DNA from: an uncultured Armatimonadia bacterium
Lineage (GTDB): Bacteria > Armatimonadota > Zipacnadia > CAVVLO01
Length of the DNA stretch: 64,000 bases
NCBI GenBank assembly: GCA_963749155.1
Contig: CAVVLO010000002.1
Span: 512,001 to 576,000, forward strand
Direction of reading: 5' to 3'
Below the pieces are notes generated by a model. It did no database searches. It was not told the DNA's origin and saw only the letters and a program-made list of their open reading frames with translations. A program made the translations under genes and the position numbers. Shown here in pieces: positions 54,280-64,000 of this stretch; the first letter of the stretch is position 1; every line of letters starts with the position of its first letter.

Positions 54280-55223
54280 AGCCAGCACCGTTCTCAAAAA
54301 CCGCTCTCTCCAGGCTGCGAGGCTGGCGCTACGCGGTCACCAAGCTTGCCCATTATCGCTTCCACCGGTTCCTGTCAGAACACGGGTATTATGAGTACAG
54401 ATACCGGCGCAAGTACGGCCATCCGCCCAACTACGCCAATCCGCGGACGCTGAGCGAGAAGCTCGCCTGGATGCGCCTGTATGACCGCGACCCGCGGTAC
54501 GTCCAGCTCGTGGACAAGCTCGCAGTCCGTGACTATGTGCGCGAACGGGTTGGCGAAGAGGTGCTGGTGCCGCTGTATGGCGTGTGGGAGAAAGCCTCAG
54601 ACATCCAGCTCGATGAGCTGCCGGAGCGCTTTGTGCTCAAGTGCAACCATGAGTGCGGCTATGTGGTGCTGTGCAAGGACCGCGACCAGCTCGACTGGCC
54701 CTTTGTGCAGGCCCAGCTCGCGACGCGGCTGAAGATGAACTACTACTATCGCTATCTGGAATGGCCGTATCTCAACGTGACGCCGCGCATCCTGGCTGAG
54801 GAACTGCTGGAGGACGAGCAAGGCGGCGAACCCTTGGATTACAAGTTTAACTGCTTCGGGGGCGAGCCACTGTATCTTTACGCGGTGAAGAACCGTCACA
54901 GCAACCCTGTACGAGCCTACTATTCTCTCGACTGGGAGCTGATGCCCTTCATTAGCCCAGAGTTCATTGATGGACCGCCAAATCCCCCTCTGCCGCGTCC
55001 GGCCCTGCTCGAGGAGATGGTCGATATAGCAAAGAAGCTGTCCAATGGCCTGCGGTTCTGCCGCGTTGATCTCTATGAGGTCAAGGGGAGAATCTACTTC
55101 AGCGAAATTACCTTGATCAATGCTGCGGGCTTCCTGACCTTCACACCCGACAGTTATAACTACTCACTCGGCGACCGCATAAAGCTGCCCGAGGCGGCCA
55201 TTTCTCAGCGACTGGCCAGGTAG
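54276..55223 (+). CDS. TupA-like ATP-grasp amidoligase
   Basis: NPRTLSEKL, LVDKLAVRDYV, LPERFVLKCNH, ILAEELL, DYKFNCFGGEP, RVDLY, IYFSEIT. Confidence 0.88.
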   Translation: MKPAPFSKTALSRLRGWRYAVTKLAHYRFHRFLSEHGYYEYRYRRKYGHPPNYANPRTLSEKLAWMRLYDRDPRYVQLVDKLAVRDYVRERVGEEVLVPLYGVWEKASDIQLDELPERFVLKCNHECGYVVLCKDRDQLDWPFVQAQLATRLKMNYYYRYLEWPYLNVTPRILAEELLEDEQGGEPLDYKFNCFGGEPLYLYAVKNRHSNPVRAYYSLDWELMPFISPEFIDGPPNPPLPRPALLEEMVDIAKKLSNGLRFCRVDLYEVKGRIYFSEITLINAAGFLTFTPDSYNYSLGDRIKLPEAAISQRLAR

Positions 55224-58200
55224 TTCAGCATATTTGCGTACCAGCGCGCAGCGATCGGGTCGTGCGCAAGAGCCTCCTCTGAAAGCTCCGCCACCAGCAG
55301 AGTCCCCGCCCCGACCTGGGCCTCGAAACAGGTCACCCCATAGTGGTTCATCAGGTCTTGCGGTTTGGTCAGGTAGCCATGAGGAGCCACCGAATAAGCT
55401 AATATGCGCGCCTGGGCCTTCGGGTGCATCACATAGCAGCCCTTCGCCACATGGGGCACGACGCCCTCGGGTTGCTGGCACCAGGCGAGGTCCAGCGGGC
55501 CCAACTCCTCGAAGACCGGATGCTCTAGAACGTCCATATTAACGATCTCGACCTGCCTCGTTTTGTAGCTTGCCACAAGCTCAGGCAGCAGCTCTTGCAC
55601 CGCCGTGCCGCCGTTCAGCACCAGTGCCTTGCCGCCGGACTCAAGGAAACCTGCAAGCTCCTCAGGCGAGGCTGCCGCGATGCCCTCAGCGCCCCGGATG
55701 AGGCGCACGCCCTCCGCCTTGGGCGCTTCTGCCCATCGCCGGGTGGCGAGCACAAGGTCATACTCGTTGGTGGAGAGGACCTTGCCGGCGAGGAGCAGCT
55801 CCAGCTTCAGTGTCGCGTTCTCCTTTGGATGAGGGAGCTTCTCCGGCAGCTTCAAGGCAGAGGTCCACCCAGGTGTTGCCGTAATAAGGGGTATCGCCTA
55901 GCGGCGCGCTAACCTCGGCAAGTCGTTTGCCTTTTGAATCAAGCACTGAGCACCGCACTTCTGCCCCTGACAGCGTCCCGCGCGAGGTATCGTCGTGCAC
56001 CAGGCAGAGTCGCCCGGTAAGGGTATCTCCTGCGAAGAAGTGACGGCTTCCAAATTCGACACTCACCAGCAAGGGCTGCAAGGCGGTCTGCATCGCGCCA
56101 TAAGCTGCATAAGGCGCAATCCGATCGGCTTCGAAGCAATTCAAGAACCAGTTGTTGTTGGCGAAGTGAAGCAGCCCGCAGAGCTTGTTGCGCTCTCGCC
56201 TGCCAAGTTCCGCCAGTTCCTTCGAGAGGAAGGCGTGGCGGTCGAGGAAGAGCGAGACGTCGCGGTCTTCGTAGGCCCAGTCGCCGCACCAGGCCTGGGG
56301 CACATAGTGGTCGGTGATATATTTGCGCGTCGGATGGCCTGTGTCGTTGTTCGGATACCCCTGGCTGAACTCCTGGCTGATGGCGGGCCGCTCGCCTGTG
56401 AAGCGCGTCTCCAGCTTGCCGCCCCACAGGTCGAAGGCTGACACTGAATACCAGCCATAATAAATATGGATATCGTCCATATCGCCATCATCCCACCCGT
56501 TGGGAACGATCTCCTGCTCGTAAGTGGCAGCGTTTCGCACGTAGCCGGAGTCGGGCACGATTGGCCTTGAAGGGTCAAGCGCACGCATTGCTTCGATCAT
56601 CCCGCTTGCGATGTCCCACTTCTCGGCCCGGCGCGCCGGGTCGGGGTCGCGATACCAGTAGCTTTCATTGTTGAGCGTCCACATCAGGATACTCGGGTGG
56701 TTACGGTTGGCGCGGATGTAACCCAGCCAGTCGTCTTTCCAGGCCTCGACCAGATCGGGCGAGGGGACAGGGGTGGCATCTATCATCGTCCAGGGCCAGA
56801 TGCCCTCGAGGCTGACGCCAACGCCCTCCTCATCCGCGGCATCGAGCCAGGTGCGGGTGAAAGACGACCCGTGAGTGCGCGTAATCATTGTGTTGCCCTC
56901 ATGCATCAGCCTGAGGAAGGTATGGGCCAGCTCGCTGTCGTTAGGTTTGAGGCCACTGGGGCAGTGATTGGCGCCGCGTAGCCAGTACGGCTGGCCGTTG
57001 AGGTAGAGTCGGTTGCCGCGTACTTCAAAGGTGCGAAAACCTACCGGGAGGCTGACAGTATCCAGCAAGGAGTCATCTGCTCCAACCAGGTCCAGTTCCA
57101 TATCATAAAGGTTGGGTTGCTCCGGCGACCACAGCTTCGGCGCAAGATTCGAGGCGCCGATCGGTATGATCGTTTCGTTTCCCGGTGGAAGCACAACGCT
57201 TTGCCTGGCCTCGTAGAGCAGCTTGCCGCTAGCCCGTTCGGTAAGGCGGAGGGCCAGTTCTCCAGTAGTTGTCTCGGTGCGTGCATTGTCAAAGCGCACC
57301 TCTCCTGTCACTCCAGTGAGCGAGGGAGTTAGCTGTACCTCGGCGATGCGCGCTGGATCGGTCACTAGCAGTTCGACCGGCTGCCAGAGGCCCAGGTTCC
57401 GGTTATACATCCCGTGCGGCAGGCCTGAAACCATATCTCTGGTTATCTCGACCGTCACCGCGACGCCCAGCACTTCGCTTGTATCCTCTGCCCCCTTGTA
57501 ACTGCCATCGGAAACGAACACCGTGACGCAGTTGAGGCCGCCCGGCCTCAGCGCTTTGGACGCGTCCAGGTCGAAGGGGGAGAACATCCCCGTGTGGCCG
57601 CCCAGATAGACGCCGTTGAGCCACACCTGGCAGACGGCCGCGACCGCCTCGAAGTGCAGCACGCAGGCCTTCTCCGCATAACTGGCTGGAGCGCGGAACC
57701 ACTGCCTGTACCAGGCGGCGCTTGGTGCTCTGGACATCGAAAGTCAGCGCATCGCAGCGCGCCTGCTCCGACTGCTACCCAGTTGTCCGAGGTGCCCTGG
57801 CCGGGGCCGTAGATCCACCAGTAGGAGGGCTTTATGAAGTCTGGCACAGGCATCACATGCCAGCTCTCATCGCTGACGTCGGGCTCGTAGGGCTTCTGGT
57901 CCGCGGGTCGCTCGGATTCGGGCAGCAGCAACCACTGGCTTCCCAGGCTGGTGACGGTGCGGCCTGGACCTGCCTCCGGCAGCACCTCTGGGCGCCACTC
58001 GGCCCGCTGCCTGGCCCGGCGCTCGGACTTCCCGGTGATTGCAGCCTGCATCGCGGCAGCGAGGGCGTCGCGCTCTTTACTCTGCGCGTCCCACTGGCGG
58101 CTCACCTGTTGCCAGACCGCACCGACCGAGGCGCGCGGCTCAAGCGCCAGCCAGTTGGCTCCGCCACCGGATTGCCCATCGGGATGGGTGGACTTCAGAG

Positions 58201-59195
58201 TCAGGCGAAACTGTCCGTTTGTCACCGTCACTGGCCGCTTGAGCTTGTAATGTTGGCCACTTGGCAGCTCCAGGTTGAAACTGGGGGCTACCTCGTCGTG
58301 GATATAGGCTTCCTGGTGCGTGCCGTAGGAGGGGTCGCCCACCACCAGCGTCAGCAGGTAATCGCCGTTTGGGCAATCCAGCAGGAAGGTCGCCTGCTTG
58401 GTGCCATGTGCGACGGCTGCGATCGTGTCCAGGCGCGGGTCGGAGTCCACATGCCGCACCCGCATCATCGCCTCCATATCGGCCATCCAGCCGAAGCCAC
58501 GCTGCTTCGTGTAGACCTGCCCATCGCCTTTCAGATAGCCGTCCACCGTTGGCGTGGTCGTGGGCTGAAAATTCACCTTCAAGGCATCGGCTGAAAGCCT
58601 CGCCTGCTGATCTACTGCCAGGTCCGGACTACCGCTTACGCTTGCCGAATCGAACCAGCACTTGAAGGGCCCTCCTCCCAGCCCGATGAGGCCGGGGCCA
58701 AGGGGCTCGGAGTCCACGGCGCTGATGCGCGGCATCGCCTCCTCGTTCAACCAGACCCGTATCAGCCCACCCTCGGCCGTGATGCGCAGCGTGCAGGGTT
58801 GATTCGATTTCGGAGTAAAACCGAGTGGCTTCAGCGCAAGCAGGCGGTCCTTGCCGCCAGGGCTAAAGCGGAAGAGGAAGAGGTCATCACAGTTGTTGGC
58901 CCGCAGCGCCAGGGCATAATGGGTGTTATCGTCCGCATAACGGAACCTGACCCACGCCTCGCCGTCCTCTGACAGGCGCGCGCGGACGGTGAAGTCAAGG
59001 TCGCCAAACTGCTGCCCAGGCCACAGGGCGATTGGGCCGGTCAGCGCCAGGGCTCCGGAACTGACTTTAGCCTCTCCCCTGCGCGCAAGCTGCCAGGCGT
59101 CCAGGTCGGTGACGGGCAGACTCCTTAGCGAAAGCGCCACCAAACACCAGGCAGCCAAGCCAAATGACGCCCGGTAGCATAAGTCTGATTCTCAT
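55205..59195 (-). CDS. Large secreted GH2 glycoside hydrolase with N-terminal lectin-like/beta-sandwich domains; frameshifts near 59120, 57750, 55855
   Basis: ATG 59195 signal peptide; LHFEAV, VWLNG, GLWQPVEL, KLWSPEQPNLY, VGFRTFE, NRNHPSILMWTLNNE (acid/base), ISQEF (nucleophile). Confidence 0.85.
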
Positions 59196-59215
59196 AAGGA
59201 ACCTCTCTGGTCGAA

Positions 59216-61469
59216 CTAATCAACGGCAGCAGGCTCTGATTGCCCTGCCCCGTATTTTTTTCGCAGCGCCTCATACTTGGGCTGAGCGAGCGTAGCCGCC
59301 AGCCCATCATCTGGACAACTATATGTCTCAATCAGGCTGCTATCGAATTGCTTCAGCCTCTCGGCGGCCGCTTCGAGCTTCTCGAAGGTATAACGAGCCA
59401 GGTCCTGATTCTCCTGCTGCTCAAAGGCCACAAGGCAGGTCAACTGGTAGAGGAACTCCACCGTGGCCTCGGCATAGGCGAAGCGCTGTTCATCTTCCAG
59501 CAGCCTGGCTTTCTCGGTTGCCTCCTGACACTTGCCGAGGGCTTCATCGAGCGCTGTTCTGGCGCGCTCCAGCGAATCGAGTAGCTCCAGGAAATCCGGC
59601 CCGTCATTCTGGGCGGGATGGTATTCCTCATAGTGCATATGATCGAGTGGGAAAGGCGTCTGATCAGTATTGAGGCGCCTGGCAAGTGTCGCTTTTAGTG
59701 GCGTGATGGCAACTAGCGCACTTTCAAGTTCGGTATAGAAGCGCCTGGTCTCCACTGTCGTGGTCGGATAATACTGTGCGAAATATTCGTCCAGTACGCC
59801 AGGCACGTCAGCATGCGGCGCCCACAGCAACCGAGCTAGGAGATACTGGTTGAGCGTCCAGGTACCCCACTTGCTGGTCAGTGTATGCATATAGTGGAAG
59901 TGACGGGCGCCCTGCTCCCAGTACCAGGGGATATCCAGGGCCATGGTGCGCCAGTAGAGGGCTGGCAGCGACTTGTAGACACTGACATTGTAGTATTCTC
60001 CCAGGAAAAGACTGCCCTGCCAGGCGCCCCCGCTCGCGGGCGCCCAGCCCCTTGAAGGCGTCGGCATAGTGTTTGTTGAACTCGGTGCAGGTCGGATCGG
60101 CCAGCGCATGGGTGTAACAGCGCCCAATAGGATAGAAAGTCACCGAGCAATGTTCGTAATCGAAGTCAGCCGGAAGCGGCCTGGTCGGAGGTTGGCGAGT
60201 CTCGGTGTAAGCCAGCGTGCTGAAGGCGACCTCGCGCTGGAGCCGCCCATCCGCGCGCGCCTTTTGCACCCCCTGGTTTACCTGATAAAGCAGCAGGAGC
60301 AGCCGGTCGGTAGGGGTGCCCAGGCTACCGCACTGTTCACACTCGCACCACTTGCCGGCATCTTCCATCCAGAAGTTGACGATGTCGGCTTTGCTCCAGT
60401 CTCCCTTCGTCAGCCCTTCGACAAGGTTCTTTGTCAGCTCGGTTACGGCGTCTGGATTGGAAGTGCAGCAGTTGTCTCCCTGGTCGCCCTGGATTTTGTC
60501 GCTGCGCTTGCCCCCTCGCAGTCCATACCACTCGGGATGAGCCTCGAAGTAGGTCAGCTTGCCGTCTCCGTTCGTATCGCCCTGAGACTCGGGAGAAGGC
60601 TGGTAGGGCTCTGACGGTTTGGCGCCATCAGTTGCGGCCCCTGTACTGTAAGGATATTCAGCCTTTGGACCAAGATAACGCGTCTGGAGGTCGTGGGTGC
60701 CTATCGCAAGCTTCATCCCAAGCTTCTTAAGGAAGGGCACCTCCCTGTCCGCCGCAGTCCAGTAGTTCATCCTGTTACGCGCCATCCAGAGGAAGAAATC
60801 CCGGTTGCCTCGGTCTTCCCAGGCATAGAAACCCCGGGTGAGATAGCCAGGCTCTTCTGTCAGCTCGAGCGGTTGGGTCGGCAAGGCCTGTGGACGCGCC
60901 GGATAGACCGTGCCCTGCTCGCCTAGACCGAACCAGCGCATCCCCAGGAGCTCCAGATAACGATAGGCGCCATAAAGCGCGCCTTCGCGCCCGCCCCCCT
61001 CGATCAGGCAATAGGTCGCCTCGCCCCTCGAGAGCAGCTTGATGCGGTACGATTGGGCGCTCTTGAAGACCGGAGGCAAGGCATCTGGCTCATCCGCAAG
61101 CGCAAGCAAAGGATTAGAGGTGCGGCTGCCGATTACGATTACATAGCCCTCTTGAGGCAGTCGCTCAGGCCAGGCAAGCTCTAGCTCCTCTTTGGTCGTA
61201 GTGGAAGCAAGCGCCAGATAATGCGCCAGCTCGGTTGCGGCAAAGCACTCGGTACAGGCATCGTCGTCCGCCTGGTCGGCATCCCAGAAGTTGACTAGCG
61301 CTTCACTTTCCGCCGCGACCGCGATGCTCTCGAAGGGGCCAGGATTCGCGATAATCGTAATAGTCATAGGTCCTCCCACAGCCAGTGTGGCCATATTGCA
61401 GAGTCCAACTAGCGCCGCGCACAGCAGCAGGCTGAGTCCAGGCAGCTTTCTTCGTCTTTCCACAATCAC
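59216..61469 (-). CDS. Secreted DUF4838-domain protein with GH20/GH67-like N-terminal domain; frameshift near 60050
   Basis: FAATELAHYL, GALYGAYRYLELLGMRWF, WMARNRMN, HPEWYGL, CTSNPD, WCECEQC, LAY..T..PP, YLLARLLW. Confidence 0.75.
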
Positions 61470-63187
61470 TCAGCCTCACTAGTGGCAAGCTGTCTGATTT
61501 CGTCCTCATCAAGAGCCCGGTCATACAGTCTTACCTCGCGCAACTCGCCAGCGAAATAGTTTTCGGCGCCGAAGCCAATCAGCAGTGGCCGATTGTTTGA
61601 CAGGTCGTAGTCAGTCGGATTGAAAGCCTCCGAGCTGCTGACCAGCTTGCCATCCACATAAAGCAGCAGACGGCCGCCCTCTCGTATCGCAGCCAGGTGA
61701 TGCCACCTGGAGCCCAGGTCCTGTTCGTAAGCGATGACTTGCCCCGCCTGCCAGCAGAAAACTTTGCCTGCCTCATCTGCAGGCGCAGCTTCGGGCACCC
61801 CACTGGCGGTAGAGGTACCGCAGTAAAGCTTCCCCTCGAAGCTGGTCATAGAGGGTACTCTGCGCCAACTCGCGTGGACTTCGGGCGAGTAGTCAGGATT
61901 GTTCACCAGGCGTTTGACCAGAGTGGTGTGGTCGCCATCATAGCGCCAGACTTCTCCCTTGGGGATGACCCCGGCGTAAAGCTTGCCGTTGTAAACCACC
62001 AGGTCATTTATCTCATTGTTGTAGGAGGGCCTGTCCCCGCGCATCACCGTGTCGTCGAGGGCGCCTGTGTCGCCGCAAGCAGCCCAGTCCATATCGCCAT
62101 CGCGCCGCATCAGCCTGCCGCGCTCCCACGTGCCCGCCCACAGCTTGCCTTCGTAGACGGCGAAGGTATGGACCTGGCAGATGTCCACCGGGTTGAACTC
62201 GGCCACGATGTCCCAGGCCAGCTTGCCGGCATAGCGATGGATGAGACTGCTGGCTCCGCCATACAGCCTGTCCTGGAAGACCATCATCGAGAGCAGCTTG
62301 TAGTCAGGCGTCTGGCCGCAGGTAATCCACTTGCCGTCGTCTTCATAGCGATAGGTGAAGCCGGCATCATCCGAGGCGAACAAATCGTCTCCCAGCGAGG
62401 CCAGCGAAGTTATCCGCTTGCCAGGAGTATCGAGCCGGCAGTCATGCCAGTTGCCGTCTCCCTCATACCGATAAACACTGGGATGCCCGTAAGCCCCAAG
62501 GTTCCAGTAATTCCACGCGCCGGTCGCGGCATAAAGCTTGCCCTGATGGACGCACAGGCCCATAACCGAGGGGCACTCGAGATTATCGCCCACGCGCCCG
62601 CAGTCTACCCAGTCCTGCCCACCAGCATAACGGAAGACATGACAAGCCTGCTCTGGCTCCAGCGCGTCGGCGATGCCTGTATAAAGCTCCCCCTCGAAGA
62701 CAGTAAGGGTGCTGATAAGGGTATTCTCCGGCCAGGGCCTGCCGCAGTCTGCCCACTCGCCCTCGACTGCATTGTCAATCCCAAATTGAACATAACGAGC
62801 ATCGCTTACCGAAGAATAACCTGGCGAACTGGCCGAGATATGCAGGTTGAGCCCGCGCCTGGTCTGGGGGTCATATTTGTTTACAACATCGCCAGTGAAT
62901 CTCGCTCCGCCCTGGCACTTTACCCAGGCTGTCACAGCGAAATCTCCCTTGCCAAGCCGCAAGGTGGCACTCGCCGGCACCTCGATATAACTCCCAAGGC
63001 CATCGAACTGGGCGGCCCTGCCTTCTTTAAGCACGACGCCATGGTTTATCCCGTGATTCCCAAGTCCCGAATAATCAGCAGAGTCGCCCTCCAGCTTCCA
63101 GTAACCAACCAGTCCTGCATCGCCAGCCATACAGCTTCCTCCTAGCAGCACCAGTATCACCAGGACCACAAAGCTGATTGACCGCAT
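61466..63187 (-). CDS. Secreted LamG protein with an inserted beta-propeller
   Basis: GAGGAG RBS then MRSISFVV signal peptide; LVGYWKLEG...DFAVTAWVK (LamG N-half); repeats of the V(F/Y)EG(E/K)LY type; WHHLAAIR...LYVDG...EVRLYDRAL (LamG C-half). Confidence 0.75.
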   Translation of the reverse strand: MRSISFVVLVILVLLGGSCMAGDAGLVGYWKLEGDSADYSGLGNHGINHGVVLKEGRAAQFDGLGSYIEVPASATLRLGKGDFAVTAWVKCQGGARFTGDVVNKYDPQTRRGLNLHISASSPGYSSVSDARYVQFGIDNAVEGEWADCGRPWPENTLISTLTVFEGELYTGIADALEPEQACHVFRYAGGQDWVDCGRVGDNLECPSVMGLCVHQGKLYAATGAWNYWNLGAYGHPSVYRYEGDGNWHDCRLDTPGKRITSLASLGDDLFASDDAGFTYRYEDDGKWITCGQTPDYKLLSMMVFQDRLYGGASSLIHRYAGKLAWDIVAEFNPVDICQVHTFAVYEGKLWAGTWERGRLMRRDGDMDWAACGDTGALDDTVMRGDRPSYNNEINDLVVYNGKLYAGVIPKGEVWRYDGDHTTLVKRLVNNPDYSPEVHASWRRVPSMTSFEGKLYCGTSTASGVPEAAPADEAGKVFCWQAGQVIAYEQDLGSRWHHLAAIREGGRLLLYVDGKLVSSSEAFNPTDYDLSNNRPLLIGFGAENYFAGELREVRLYDRALDEDEIRQLATSEAE

Positions 63188-63427
63188 CCCAGTCTCCTCA
63201 TCCGCTAGTCCAGAGGTTTGGCTAGCGGGGAGAGCTTCTGCCCGCAAGAGGGCGCTTCCTGCGTTGAGTGCGAAATAAAAGCTGCCAGGCTGATTACAGG
63301 CTTCAAATCAGCGCCCGACTGCCCAAAGGGGAACCCAGCTTCCCGCGGCGAAGCTGTGCCAGTGGGAGAGGCCTGCAGTCTGGAGAGCTTTTGCCATCGG
63401 CATTCGGTTGTGGGAGACAAGGTCAGC

Positions 63428-64000
63428 ATGAATAATTTGGTCGGTGGTACTGCTTGGATTGGTGCTTCTGACCTGCCGCGCGGAGGCCGGGATGACAGGC
63501 TCGCAGGCGGCAGTAGGGGACGCCTTTGTGCAGAGCAACGCCGAGGGGCAGCAATGGAGCATCGGCACAGGAGCTGTGAGCCTGACCTTCGAGGCTGGTA
63601 ATAAGGGCCTGAGGCTGACCAGCTTCCGCAATCTGCTGACTAATCCAGTTACCGAATATGTGGCGCCAGAGACGGCCTCGGCGCCGTTCGCACTCGAAAG
63701 CAAGCCAGGGCCGTGGTTGGTCGCGCCACTCTGGAATAAGGCCCTTGCTCCTGGGGAGAGCACTGACCTCTCTGGATTGCGCCGTAGAGGTAAAGGCGGG
63801 CGACCTTATCGGCTTTGCCGCGGTTGCCCAGGCCGACGATGGCTACGCCACGGTGGACTGGCCGGTAAAGGTGGCCTACGCTGAGGGCGAGGTTTTCAGT
63901 TCGACCGATGATCTGGAGCAACCCGAGGGCGGGGTATGGCGGTATTTTATCCAGGCAACTGGGACAGGCTGCCTTGATCCCCTGGGCGAAATCGTGGACG
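63428..64000 (+). CDS. N-terminus of a secreted protein (partial, frameshifted), possibly glycoside-hydrolase related
   Basis: ATG 63428 after GGGAGA; hydrophobic VVLLGLVLLTC in a shifted frame; WSIGTGAV...LTSFRNLLT beta-sandwich-like start. Confidence 0.45.

Noticed and set aside
63190..63427. Several short hairpins in the divergent intergenic region as an ncRNA or riboswitch
   Set aside because: The stems are only about 7 bp in GC-rich DNA and match no family consensus that I recognise.

Overview
GC-rich, gene-dense bacterial DNA from a diderm with many secreted carbohydrate-active proteins. The gene content resembles Armatimonadota- or PVC-type polysaccharide degraders, but that is inference only. 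About 30 apparent small indels split otherwise intact genes, most likely long-read consensus errors, so I report joined genes. Contents from left to right: (1) a sodium:solute symporter, divergent from an operon of a sugar-phosphate isomerase, two Gfo/Idh/MocA oxidoreductases and two sulfatase-fold paralogues lacking the formylglycine motif. (2) A divergon whose left arm is DeoR, a highly divergent RuBisCO-like protein (form IV), a LamG/GH127 protein and a BNR sialidase-like protein; its right arm is two ~1,390-aa paralogous secreted proteins interleaved with a cupin, an MtlD-like dehydrogenase and an isomerase, then a DUF4091/GH123-like protein. A four-repeat, palindromic operator overlaps the deoR promoter. 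(3) A YbjN-like gene pair. (4) A TolC/MacAB-type exporter with a two-component system and candidate OmpR-type boxes. (5) Two large clan GH-A hydrolases. (6) A DUF4062-STAND NTPase-TPR (NLR-like) gene with a lower-GC TPR module. (7) URO-D-like, DegT aminotransferase, amidohydrolase, TupA-like ATP-grasp, GH2, DUF4838 and LamG/propeller genes. I saw no rRNA, tRNA, CRISPR array or transposase. The best candidate for an undescribed system is the DeoR/RuBisCO-like-protein sugar-catabolic locus; the NLR-like gene is second.
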